Assembly: GCA_010093745.1 (NCBI GenBank) | Contig: MU006040.1 | Location: forward strand, 1 to 46,401 | Reading direction: 5' to 3' | DNA from: Piedraia hortae CBS 480.64 | Lineage: Eukaryota | Length of the DNA stretch: 46,401 nt | Shown: positions 12,122-23,600 of the stretch, one piece after another | Layout: each line of letters opens with the position of its first letter | Position numbering within the stretch: position 1 is the first letter of the stretch | Program-made: the position numbers and the translations under genes | Notes under the pieces: generated by a model | Told to the model about the DNA's origin: nothing | Databases searched by the model: none | The model's input: only the letters and a program-made list of their open reading frames with translations

Positions 12122-14464
12122 ATGAAAGTCCTCGCGCGTGACCCATCATGGCTCGCGCGTCCCTCCCCGGGTTTTAACTTCTTCCATGCCGTCCCCAAGC
12201 AATCCTCCGGCTCTTTAGCGGTGGAAAAGGAGGAGCCTACACCCACGCCACATCGCACCCTCGCCGTCCGCGGATCGGAAATCTTCGTCGCTGTCGGGAG
12301 AGAGATTCGGTGGGCAGATGTGAATACCCTCAAAGATGTTGAGGACGACGCCTTCCGCGTGCTGAAGACGCCTGTAAGTAGGGAGATTACACAGCTGACG
12401 ATTTCTCCGAGCGGAGAGATGATGGCCATCCTAACGGATCATACGTGTCATGTTGCGATCCTCCCGCCGAGTAGTAGGCTGCATTGTGGAGAGTACGGGG
12501 AGGTGAAACTAAGGGTCTTTCAGTTGGGGCCGACGGTGCATGTTCTTGAGCAGGGGGCATTGGTGAGTGCGTTGTGGCATCCGATGGCGCCGACGGGGGA
12601 GGGGCTGGTTACGGTAACGAGGGATGCGGGCGTGAGAGTTTGGGAGCTTGATGCGAGGAATAGAGCGTCGTTTGATGAGCCTACTCTTGCAGTTGATTTG
12701 AGGAAGTTGGGGAATGGGGCGCTGGATTGCGGTACGAGTAGGTTTGGGGTGAGTAAGGGATACTCGCCCGATAGTGTGGCGATGGAGGTTGCGGGCGCGG
12801 CGTTCGGGGGAACAGAAGGGTGGGAGGGGATGACGCTTTGGGTGGCGATGAGTGAAGGTGATGTTTACGCTCTCTGTCCCGTTTTGCCGAGCAGGTGGGT
12901 AGGGGAGTTGGAGGGGTTGAGGGGTGATGTGTTGGATGGGGATGTGGCTTTGTGGATTGAGGAAGTCGAGAGTCAGGATGCCATTGGTGGTGTCTACCGT
13001 CGTCCGGAGTTTGGGATGGCGAGACTTCAAGGGCCGTTTTATCTCGGTAGGGAGGTCGACGGAGAAGTTACAGATATCTCCGTCATACCCCCCTCAAATG
13101 AACTCAGCATTGGGGTCGTATGTCTCGCCACCAACGCAGGAAAAGTGCACATCTATCTCGACCTTGAAGGCATCGAACCGGAATGGCTTTCCACGCCAGC
13201 CGCCGACGAAAAAGAACTCATCCTCTTCGAAATGGTCTCAGTCCCAACAACCAAAACCTCCTACCCCAAAATCCTCCCGTCACCATCCCGCTACTCATTC
13301 CTCATCACAACCCCCTCAACAATAGCATCCATCTCCCTCACCCCATGGATCACTCTCCTCGAAAAAGAACTCTCCTCCCCCCCAACCCCGGGCTCATCCC
13401 TCCGCCTCTCAACCTTATTATCAGCTCACACTACTGCCAGAAAGCTCATCTCCTCAGAGGGGATCACATCCTCAACCCTCCTCTCGACTCCCGCATTGGG
13501 CACCATTATTATCGCAACAACAAATTCCGGCCCCCTCTACGCGGAGCTCTCCCCGTCCCCGCCCTCCCCCCCCGCGCAAGTAAGCAGGGGAACAACCTCC
13601 ATCCCCCCCCCTCGACAAAGCTACCTCCCCCCCCAAACATTCTACACAAACACCACCCTCCCCTCGCTCACCCAATCCGACACTTACAAATCCCTCACCC
13701 GCTTAGACAACAGAATCCGCTTCTCCCCCGCGACTTTGAGTGTCATTCTCGACGCACATCGCATCCTCGCGGGAGAAACCCGCTTGTTGGGGCTCGCGGC
13801 CGCGGAGGTGTTTAGGGTTTGTGATCGGTGTGTTGTCGAACTAAAGGAACTGGTGAGGAGGGGGGGGGGGATTGAGGAGGGGGCGTTGGTGCTTGCGCAG
13901 GATAGGGAGATCAAACAGAGGGTTGAGGGTGTGGCTAGGAAGAGTAGGGTATTGGAGGAGAGGGTTTCCAAGTTGGGGGAGAAAGTCGCGAGGGTGGGGA
14001 GGCAGGGGAGGGGGTTGAGTAAACGCGAAGAGAGGTTTGGGGAGGAGGTGGGGATGTTGGTTAGGGAGTTGGGGGTTGATGTCTCCGGGGAGGGAGGGGG
14101 AGACCATAATCAAGAGAAGGGTGGGAAAGACAAGGAGGGAGAAACAAACAAAGAGGATGAGAATACTCAGCCCAGCGGAAAAAAGCGCGGAATCGATGGA
14201 CGAAACGTGACGAAAAGTCCCCACAAGAGCCGCGGAGAGAATTCCTTTGTAACGCGCTACGAGAATGCGAAGACGATGGAAAAGACGCTCGTCGAACTTG
14301 CGGAAAAAGCAGGTAAAGAGGAAAAAGAGACTGTAATGCCCCCCCTCCCCTCGCCGTTTAGAAAACGCCAAGTCGAGGCCGTGTGGGAGTTACTTGATAG
14401 GGAGGCTGCGCTTGTTGAGGGCGTTGGGAGACGGTTGAGGGAGTTGAGGGAGGGGTGTTTGTAG
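12122..14464 (+). CDS. NUP82: Nucleoporin Nup82/Nup88-like
   Basis: 780 aa. N-terminal beta-propeller with EIFVAVG.EIRW, SALWHP and TLWVAM.EGDVYALCP; C-terminal coiled coil. Confidence 0.85.
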   Translation: MKVLARDPSWLARPSPGFNFFHAVPKQSSGSLAVEKEEPTPTPHRTLAVRGSEIFVAVGREIRWADVNTLKDVEDDAFRVLKTPVSREITQLTISPSGEMMAILTDHTCHVAILPPSSRLHCGEYGEVKLRVFQLGPTVHVLEQGALVSALWHPMAPTGEGLVTVTRDAGVRVWELDARNRASFDEPTLAVDLRKLGNGALDCGTSRFGVSKGYSPDSVAMEVAGAAFGGTEGWEGMTLWVAMSEGDVYALCPVLPSRWVGELEGLRGDVLDGDVALWIEEVESQDAIGGVYRRPEFGMARLQGPFYLGREVDGEVTDISVIPPSNELSIGVVCLATNAGKVHIYLDLEGIEPEWLSTPAADEKELILFEMVSVPTTKTSYPKILPSPSRYSFLITTPSTIASISLTPWITLLEKELSSPPTPGSSLRLSTLLSAHTTARKLISSEGITSSTLLSTPALGTIIIATTNSGPLYAELSPSPPSPPAQVSRGTTSIPPPRQSYLPPQTFYTNTTLPSLTQSDTYKSLTRLDNRIRFSPATLSVILDAHRILAGETRLLGLAAAEVFRVCDRCVVELKELVRRGGGIEEGALVLAQDREIKQRVEGVARKSRVLEERVSKLGEKVARVGRQGRGLSKREERFGEEVGMLVRELGVDVSGEGGGDHNQEKGGKDKEGETNKEDENTQPSGKKRGIDGRNVTKSPHKSRGENSFVTRYENAKTMEKTLVELAEKAGKEEKETVMPPLPSPFRKRQVEAVWELLDREAALVEGVGRRLRELREGCL

Positions 14465-14983
14465 TTGTAGAATGGAGAGAGTAATCAATGGGGTTGTTTC
14501 TGTGGTCACGATTAACATGGGTTTTTTTTTTTTGGATGGGTCATCGTGGCTGGGATATGTTCAGTGGACAAGGATAGGGGATTGGAAGAAATACTACCCC
14601 CGACCAAGTTGATGTTTTGAGCGACTCACGTTCTTCCCCCGGGTGTGAGGTTCCTGGGGAGGGGTTTGGGTGTCTTCCGAGGAAGTCATTCATATCATTC
14701 CATCCTGACGAAGAAAGTATAGCTATATTTTCCTCAATACCTGTCAAACGAATAAGTAACTCTCATTCCCTCGCTCAATATATATTATCAGCGGTGCATC
14801 TCTTGTTCCCCTTCTCATTCGATTTCCTCTAATGAGACTTGTGCATGTCATTTCCCTACTGCATAGTGTATCTCCGCCAGGGCGAAGGACACTAAAACCG
14901 ATCTCTCAGATCCATCGCCCCGGCGGTGAAAGCCAGAAAGTGAACATGTGGGTTGGAGATGGATTTTCGGGACGGAGAGAATA

Positions 14984-15149
14984 CGTTTTGGAAGGAGGTT
15001 TCTGATAGAATGTGGAGGTGATGATCTAGTGCAGAGTCATGTGCAGATGGACACGGAGAGTGGGAACGAGACCAGGATTCATAATTATCTTGTATTCTGT
15101 TATAATGAGAAGTGAGGGGTTGAGGTGAGATGCCAGGATTACCCCAACA
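14984..15149 (-). mobile_element. Family D-related LTR fragment (left end approximate)
   Basis: Reverse complement starts TGTTGGGG and matches 470-620 in two blocks. Confidence 0.55.
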
Positions 15150-15189
15150 TTCCGGCACGGTCCGGACCGCATCCGCCGTTGAGTTTCCG

Positions 15190-15313
15190 TGTTGTGAATA
15201 TGCGGTATATTACGCGCATTATTAGTAACCGGCGCTCGGCTCTCGACTTCACGCGTCAACTAGTTTTCCGTAGAGATTTGTATGCAGGTACACATCTACT
15301 CACAATCACAATA
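15190..15313 (+). mobile_element. Solo LTR, family A (124 bp)
   Basis: TGTTGTGA...TCACAATA imperfect inverted termini; exact TSD TTCCG (15185-15189 and 15314-15318); near-identical copies at both window ends. Confidence 0.9.
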
Positions 15314-15461
15314 TTCCGCGGCCGTGCCGCATTTTGATACATTCGCGTAAAGCAGTCTAGAGAACACAATACGACCTTACCAGCTAGTTGCAACCGTCCA
15401 GCGTTTTTTGTTCTACGTAGTATACCGGCTCTCACACACGGCTCCTCTTGCAGTAGAGTAG

Positions 15462-15780
15462 TGTCGAACGGGCAAACCTCCGAGGAATAAAGTGGAACGT
15501 AGATCAAAGGCAAATGTGTGCACTCAACCCTGACCAAGAGGTAATTTTAGATGTCTATTTCTATCAAGTGAAGTCGGAGAAACCTTCTCCACTATATCTC
15601 AATCTAGCCGCATTTGCCAGGAATACGTCGTCGAAACATGCAAGAACATAAACGAGACGATGACCCGTCCCAGGTGAAACTTCCTCCAGAGAGGTAAATA
15701 CCTTGAGAAGCCTCGACCTCGATCTATCCTGGCAGAGGCGACCTGGCTGTATGCTGAATGAGAGGGTTTACCGTCTCACA
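15462..15780 (-). mobile_element. Solo LTR, family C1 (319 bp)
   Basis: TGT...ACA termini; exact TSD AGTAG (15457-15461 and 15781-15785); homologous to 6719-7036. Confidence 0.9.
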
Positions 15781-15975
15781 AGTAGTCGGATCGGTGTTAA
15801 CTCGGCTCCTTCTGCTGCCGAGATACCGACGTGTTTTTTTTGTTTTGTTGCGTTTTACCTTCATGTATGTCCCTGTGGGGCGCTAGACGGCGGGTTTAAA
15901 CCCCGCGGTCAGTGTATAAGCTACCTAACCGGTCCCACCTGTTATTTCATGAGCTTGATATTCTCTGTTTCTTCT

Positions 15976-16278
15976 TGTCAGAAGGATTTGGCACCCACCA
16001 TGACCAGAATCTTAGCTAGAAGTCGAAACTTCTCAGGGTTTTTACCTCTATTGAGGAAGTTTTCCCTGAGACGGGTCATTGTCTCGTTCATGTTTAAGGG
16101 CACGGTTCGCTGACAATGCCCTGGCGAATGCGGTGAGACTGAGGTAGTGTGGAGAAGGTTTCGAACCTCACCTCACATAGAGATAGACATCTACATTCAC
16201 CTTTTGGTCAGAGTTGAGTGTGCACATCCGTCGTTGATATACGTTCCGCTTTCTCCTCGTAGGATCACCTTTCCGACA
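15976..16278 (+). mobile_element. Solo LTR, family C2 (303 bp)
   Basis: TGTCAGAAGG...CCTTTCCGACA inverted termini; colinear with 44533-44836; the body is related to C1 but the 5' end differs; no TSD. Confidence 0.85.
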
Positions 16279-17519
16279 ATATTGCTCCTTTCATTCACCA
16301 GTTTGCTCTTACCAAATTATGTCACGAACCAACACTTGTGAAAGCAAAGCTTCAAACAAATCTTCTCGAGTCAGGTAATCTCTCCACGCAATTCCAACCA
16401 AAGGTCGCTTCTTGTAAGTTCCTCATCTCCCAGTCGCCGTCTAGTCCCAAAGACGTCATGAATATTTTCACAATCATTTTCGCCTTACTTATAACGTCGA
16501 CAACCCTGGCAGTGATCCAACCCTAGTTTATATGATCGATTGGCGCCGCGGCGTCGTTGACTCGTTCCTGCCCACTTTACCAGTCCACCCATCAGCCGTC
16601 ACCACTCTTTGCTGCCGTGACAGCAAATGCGCTGTAGGGAGACCAGATTAGCAAGCAACTCGCGACAGCGCCAATCTCCTCCTTAATGCGTCCAGCGGCC
16701 TATACCGAGACTTGTCAATGTTCTTCTCCTCTTGTAAATTCTTTCAGACACCAGCATGAGCGCTGCGTTGCATCTTCAGCGGCGGGTGGTGAGGGAAGCG
16801 TCATCGAGGTTTTGTGTGCCACTCGGCGGCTCATCCTCCCATAGCGTCATCCTTAGCGGCGCTGCGGCATGAAGCTAGAGCGCAATCAGCGACTGCTTTG
16901 AGCGCGGCGTGGTGGAAAGGCGATAGACTTACCTGACAGCGACAAAGGGCGATGAGAACTTAACGCTTGCCCGTAGAATATTGTCAGAGGCTTTGCCATC
17001 GTGGCAGACCTATTGTGGGCTCGGGGAAGAGCGCGGTGGCGATTGGCGTAGGTGATGGTGAAGGCCATTATGAGGGGCACCGACAGCAATTTTCAGTGTT
17101 ACAGATGATCGGAGATGGCCATTTGAGTTGCTTTCACCAACTGAACATCAAGACGACGATCTTAAGTGGTCTCAGGAATTGGACGCCAGTTTGGATGTTA
17201 TATAAGGCACGATTACGAGCCAGGCCGTGATATATACGATCAGCAACCTATAGTTCCCACGTTCACAACTTCTCACTCTTCCAATCTACCATCTTATCAA
17301 AGCTGTCCAGACGCTTTTGCGTTACATTCCCTGAAGAGCGCCCCCTCTCTGTTTCATTCCATCATTATTATCTCCTTGACACCAACGTCATCCTCCATGC
17401 CTCTGCCTTGGTAGCGGCAGACCAATCCCACTTACCCGCCCACGTCTGCCATACGTCTCACACAAATTGACTCAAGCTCAGGCCAACAACCGAGTGGGCG
17501 CGAGCGGGGCATTCCCGAA

Positions 17520-19380
17520 GAACGACTACCATCGCCGCCATCGTATTCGGGGAGAGCCATCAAACCCGCAGCGCTGAGGGGAAAAGAGGTCGGATCGAAT
17601 GCCAGGAAGGAACAAGAGCTGGCTGCGGCTGATAAGTCTGGTGATCCCCGGGCCCAGAACGAACGGAACAGTGTTAAGCCAGGCGATTGCGGAGTTCCGG
17701 ACTAGGTTGGTCAATGTCACGGTCGTCGTACTTGCAATCCACACTCACTTTGGCCGAGTGAATGACGCTGAGCGGTAGCTAGCCTTATCGAGGCCACGGA
17801 GGGACAGTGAAGCTTTTCTTCGTGCCAGACAAGATAGATTCTTATAATTAATGTCATTTACCGTGGAGACTGTGTGCCGGTAGTGGACTGACGACGGCCA
17901 CAGAACAACCACAACAATCGACAGGCTTTGCAGTGACTGTTGCGAGAGGCGGCTGGCGTGCGAGGCATTTGTTGTTGTACCACGCTCGGGTCAGTGGACA
18001 GCCACAATGCCCAGATGCTCTTCACTCTCTTTGGTTGAGGTCTTGATATGAGACCCCTCTTAGTCGGCCCAAGTCAACTCGGCACGTTTCACGTTGGGTG
18101 CCAGTCCGGAGGAGAAAGATGACACAGTTGGGCTGCGATCGACACAGGCAGGCGTATGAATGTGCGTTGGAAAATTCATCGGCGTGAGGGTGTGTCGAGG
18201 GCGGACCGCAGTTAACTGCAAGTTCGACGGTGTCGGCTGCTGACGCCTTGGACGTACCTTAACGTGGACGAGATAGAAGATGCTCTCGGTTTCGTCCACG
18301 ATACGTACCCAACGATACCGCCCGAATCGACTGAATGAGGACTCACATGCAAATTTCAGGCACGGTCGCTCCTTCAGTCCCAGAAGCGCACAGGGACAGC
18401 TCTTGTAGTGGAGGACCTGTTAAGGCCCTAATCTTAGAGCGCCTCCAGCTACACCCGCCAGAGCAACATAGGCTGGGAGCTAAAATGTCCTCCAACCGTA
18501 ATCCTCCGGCGGTGGGAAATCTCTAGAGTTCTCGAGCTCTCCCATCGGTATACTGTCAACTTCGGTCGTGGTGTTGACAGATGTATAGCTTGTTTTTGCA
18601 ATACAGTCCAAGCGTGGTATGCCCTTCGCTTCGTTCAGTTGGGCCAAGGGCCGCCCACATGGTTGTTTTTCCCCATCGCCTCCCTCACCTTACGTTGAAG
18701 AAATGGGTAAGAAGGCTTGTCCATCACATGCTTTTTCCTCTTTTTATACCCATTTATACCATCGCTGCCAATGCCCCTGTGAAGACAAAAATCGAGGACT
18801 CTTCCTCACGCCAGTGCCTGCTCATCGTACGGCATCAGTACCTCCCACACGCCATCGATCCACCATGCACCACTTCCATCATTGTAGCCCATCCCAGTTC
18901 ACAAGCTGTGCAATAGTCAGCCACCGCCAAGCCATTCCTGACTCGCAGGAGGAAACTCACCTCCATGCCCCTCCAAGAGGATGGACCAGCATGTCCACCG
19001 CTGAAGTAAGCTCACCCAGACCACCTGTGCTGTTTGATAAGATCAAAGACGAATTGAAGGTTGATGGGCAAACATTCCCTCCGCCATAAGGTTGAGCACA
19101 GACCATTTTGCCAAGCCCCCCGTCTGGCTTGACGTCAATGATGGAGAGGTTGTGCTTACGATGGCGTAGGGTGTTGTCGATCAAAATGGTTGGGTTGGGG
19201 AGGCGAGGGTTTGATTCTTTTTCGGCGATAGCTAACGCTCACTGGCGTCGAGACGGTGATTGCTCCTCAACGATCGTTTTTGACCAGACAAATGGCAGCC
19301 CAACGTCGATGCTCTCCTCTCAGAAGAAGCAAAATTCTTCGCCGTCGCGGGAAGACAGCTAAATCCACACTACCTTCCCT
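17520..19380 (-). pseudogene. Highly degenerate Ty3/gypsy pol (RT-RNase H) relic
   Basis: Remnants occur in the expected order: WAAICLVK; ALAIAEKESNPRLPNPTILIDNTL..LSIIDVK; PYGGGNVCPSTF; SIFYLVHV; AIAWLNTVPFVLG; LMALPEYD. Many stops and frameshifts; no intact YxDD. Confidence 0.5.
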
Positions 19381-19386
19381 CCCAAC

Positions 19387-19598
19387 TGTTACGGCGAGGC
19401 TGTGTGTGCACGGGATGACCCGCGCCGCCTAAGCGCACAGGGAATTTGATACACCGCGCGTGGTAGCGAGCGTAGATATGAATAACCTGCAGGGCGCGTC
19501 GAAGGGATAGCGCTTCTAGATTGTTTTATAGTATCCTAGCTTTCCAGTAGATAGCAGTTTGGATTGTCCTCGTTGTTGGGACTTAATAACCTTTTCCA
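19387..19598 (+). mobile_element. LTR-like repeat, family F, copy 1 (one end truncated)
   Basis: Starts TGTTACGG; is the reverse complement of 42978-43189 except for an inverted 43-nt core. Confidence 0.8.
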
Positions 19599-20638
19599 TC
19601 CCAAAAAGCCCTTCCAAAAAATCCACAATCCCCAAGCCCGTCTTCAAACCAAACCAAAACAGACATTCTCGCCAATAAAACCCAAGCAATCCACTCCATA
19701 AACTACCTCGACCAAATATCCTTTCCAAGCGGAAATCCAACGAACCGGCATCTTACGAGAACGAGCAAATCCCAGCAACATTCCCTTCGAACGGAAATCC
19801 AACAAAGCTACGCCTCACTAAAACGCGCAAATCCCGGCTAAACAACTACCAAAACCCGTAGGAAACGAGAAACTCACGCGGAGAAATCCCAAATTTACCA
19901 CCCATCCAAACAAATCTCATCTACCCCCTTCCTTTCGAAAAGCGCCAGTTCCACCATAACAACCGCTGAACATCAAAGAGATACGTCGCACCACTTTGAC
20001 CACCCGCAAGGCGAACTTAACTGCCGTGAAATAGCACTGAATTGAAAATTACTTTCTTTGATATTGGAAGCATCAAACTGGCCCTGGAAGCGCTAAATAA
20101 CTTCCATTCTTCTACGGGATTCGAGATGCGATATGAGAGATCCATCTGTCAAACTGCGGTTGTCTTGATGAGAGTTGGGGGTCCTTGGAGATGTTTGGCT
20201 GGTCGGGAAGCGAACGCAATCATGAAGACTGTAAGGGAGTGAAGGAGAGGACCGATTGTGCAGTGTTAAGAGTGGATAATTAGTGATCTTATATAGAACG
20301 GGAGAACAAACAACACTTGAGACACAACTCTGGACTGTAGCATCAGAACAACAATATTCCTGGATTGCCACATCGTCACAGCAATGATTAAGTTGAAGAT
20401 TACCATGCAGGCAATGACATCCTTGGGAAGCTCAGGGTAACCAACAGGCGGTGAGAATGCCACCCCTTCTGTGGCATCTTCTCGTCATGCCGTCTTAAAC
20501 ATTCCAAGAATGCTGCCTAACTCAGCTCCTATACCAGATTTTTTACGCACAGACAAACACACCGACAACGAATTTCCCCGAAAATCATTCATAACTGGAA
20601 CCCTACTCGCCTAAAGGCGCTATCAACACATCTCTACC

Positions 20639-23600
20639 TTACTGCGAGTTCCCAGTCTGATTGTCTCCCTGACTGCTAGTCACATTTTCTCCGGTAGAAT
20701 CACCACCCACTCGGCCTTGAGTCCCTGTAGGTTGCTGTTCATTCCCACCTCCAACCTGCCCACCTGCCGAAACAACTGCCCCGTTCTGCCTCTCCAGCTG
20801 AGGTTGGCGATTCGACGAAGCAACAGCCTCGCTGCTCTGTAAATGTTTCTGCTTCTCCATCTTCTGTCGCTCCTTCTCCTCCCTTGCTCGAATTCGGCTT
20901 CTCTCAAAATCCTCAAAGCTGACACCTTGATCATCCGGAATGTCGAGTTTTTTTCCCGTCGGCGGCGGCAGTGGTGCATTTGTGGCAGCAGCTTTAATAA
21001 GCCTACGCTCCTCGCTTGAGGTGCGGCCGAGAGCACCAAGAGCCTGCTGTGGCGTTTCTGGATGGATTACCTGCGAGGGGTCGTAGCCAGTGTCCTTCAA
21101 GATGCCCAAAGATGGCCTTCTGTCCCGTGCAGTGTCGGGTGGGACACCAATAGGCTTAAGTTTCGGAGGCTGTATTGGACTCGTTGCCTTTCGGCCAGGC
21201 GGCGTCCTTAGCTGGAGCTCCGTCGGCTGGGGATTCCTCTCGGGTGTTTTTGGACGACTCGGATCTTCAATTGATTCAGCTGCTTTCATTGACTTTTCAC
21301 GCGATTGTGACTCCGAGCGAATGCGCGAAATTGGTATCATCCCTTGCTCTGTTCTTTGTTCCGTGGCTACAGTGGTGGACTCTCCAGTGGCAGTTGTGGA
21401 AGAAGAAGCTTCTTTGGACGGCTGACCAGTCTCGGCGGAAGTAGACTGAGTGTTTGTTGGGCGCAAAGTGTGCGAGGCTGCAATAAGTGGATGCCTCAAA
21501 AACTGCGTTGACGCAGCTTGTGCTCTCCGCAGAAGACTCAGCTGCCTAAATTCCAGTCGACTCTGTCTTGCCGCAGCACGTTGTTCGATCTTACGCCGGA
21601 TCTCCATATTCTTGCGTCTCTTCTTGTCCCTCTTTTTTCCCTGCTGCTCTTTGAGCTCCTGCCACTTTTCCAAGCTCTTGCTCAGCTCTTGCACGGTTCC
21701 ATTATGCTCGAGTCGCGAAATGGACTGCCTACGCAGTAGAACTCCTCGCTTGTGTTCATATTCCTCGTTCTCCTCGGGTGCTCGGTCATCATTCGCCGAA
21801 GGATCTTGCAATGAGCGCTTTTTCCGTTGTTCTACCCCAAGCTGACGTCGTTCTTCAGCTTGCTTTTCCAATAGCTGATCATACTCCCAGTTGGCCTTTT
21901 TCTGTTACTTGTTAGTTTGATGCAAGCTGCATCAAGATGAATAACTCACAATTGCCTGCTCGTAGTGCTTGATCATTCTATCAGGAAAATGCCACACTCT
22001 TAGCTTTGGTCCATGGTCGGTCCCTTCAGACTCATCATTTCTTCCAGACTTATCAGTCCCGCCGCCCGATTCTGTTTTCGATTCACCAGCCATAGTCAGA
22101 GTCTTCTGGCCAGTCTTATAAACGGGCGGATCCGCCCTCCTTTTATCATCGCCCTCTGCCTTGTAATGTTGAGCCTGGGCAGAGGGGTTGTTGTTTCCAC
22201 CAGCGGAGCTCCTTTGCGCGCCACCTGTTATGGATACAGTCTGCTGACGTCGCTCACTACTCTCTCCCTGATTCGTGAGGTTTCCATCCCTGCGAGGAGC
22301 CCTACTCTCAGTTATAGGGGCAGGTGTATTGGCTGCGGTTATGGCAGCAGTCTGTAGAGAACCTGAGCTCTCCTCTCCTTGACCAGTGGGATTTTCTGTT
22401 TGGGCAGCGGGGATATGAACGGCTGACAGTTCAGTCGCATTGCTTGCAGCCACAACAACAGATTTTTGGACGTCCCTAATATCTTCGCCATGTCTGATGC
22501 GATATCCCGAGTCAACAAACTGGCTCTCAGTGTGTGATAACTCTGGTACATGCCCCTCTGTCGTATAAATGGGCGCACTACCTTGAGTGGTGGTGGCAGG
22601 CTGCGTGGGGCGTCTGCTGCTTTCACCTTGTCCCATTGGATGACTAGCATTGGTAGGCAAACATCCACTTCGTGCTGGTGCTGGCAGGACGGACGTGCTG
22701 CCCTGAGTCGGGATGGCAAACTGCGCTGAATGTCTGCTACTTTCGCCCTTTCTCACGGGGTCTGCACCTCCAGTAGGCAGAGCCCCCCCACGAGTTACTG
22801 CAGTTGGGACGGGCGCGTTACCTTGAGTCGGAAAGATAGGCTGTCGGGGACCTCTGCTATTCTCGCCTTGTTGACTAGCAAATCCCGAACCGATAGGTGA
22901 ATGGCCCCCATACCATGAGGCGGGTGTGACGGGCGTCTCGAATCCCGCTGTCATTGTTGGTCGCACAAGAGGACTAATTTCCATGGGCGGATTTCTCTGA
23001 AGAAATGATATCGGAGTGGTGAGTGTAGGTCTTCCATCTACTGAGGCAGCCCCCCTGCGACGTCTTCGCCTCTCGCATCTTTCGGCGGAGCATGCGGCGT
23101 CAGCAAGCATCTCCTCCCTAAACCTGTACCAAGCCGCATCGCGTGAAATGTCAGTGATCATTAACTCGCCTGGGGACGGGGCGATAGGCTGATCGGGATC
23201 TCCGTTCATTTCGACTTGTCGGAGTTCGCGTGGAACATCGGGAATCATTAACTCGCCTGGAGACGGGACGATAGGCTGAACGGGATCTGTGCTCCTTTCG
23301 CCTAGTTGGAGACTTCTCATGTAAGCGAGAAAATTTTGAGACTGCTGCTGACGATAACCACGCATAATCTCGACGATCACGGGGTCTTCTTCACCTTGCC
23401 AGCTGGGTCCTAAAAGTCGCACTCGGACTTCCTCCACCGGGTCTGCAAACTGGAGCTGGGCATTGTCACTAGAACCTGGAGTTTCCAGAGAACTCGTTGG
23501 CTCAACCTTGTGGGTGGGGTGCTGAGCCTGGACGGCATTCCCCTGCACGCCAGGCTCACCGAGCGGGGAAGTCACTGCAGACACTTGGTCCCGCCTTGAC

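Noticed and set aside
15205..15213. GTATATTAC in family A equals the hairpin-ribozyme loop B 3' strand
   Set aside because: No AGAAACA partner strand and no properly paired AGAA/NGUC loop A within the 124 bp; the 9-mer fits a simple local hairpin. A full-length element could be rechecked with a covariance model.
19720..19850. Two ~62-bp imperfect tandem units (CGGAAATCCAAC...GCAAATCCC)
   Set aside because: Only two degenerate units in A/C-rich sequence; no repeat-spacer array and no evidence of function.
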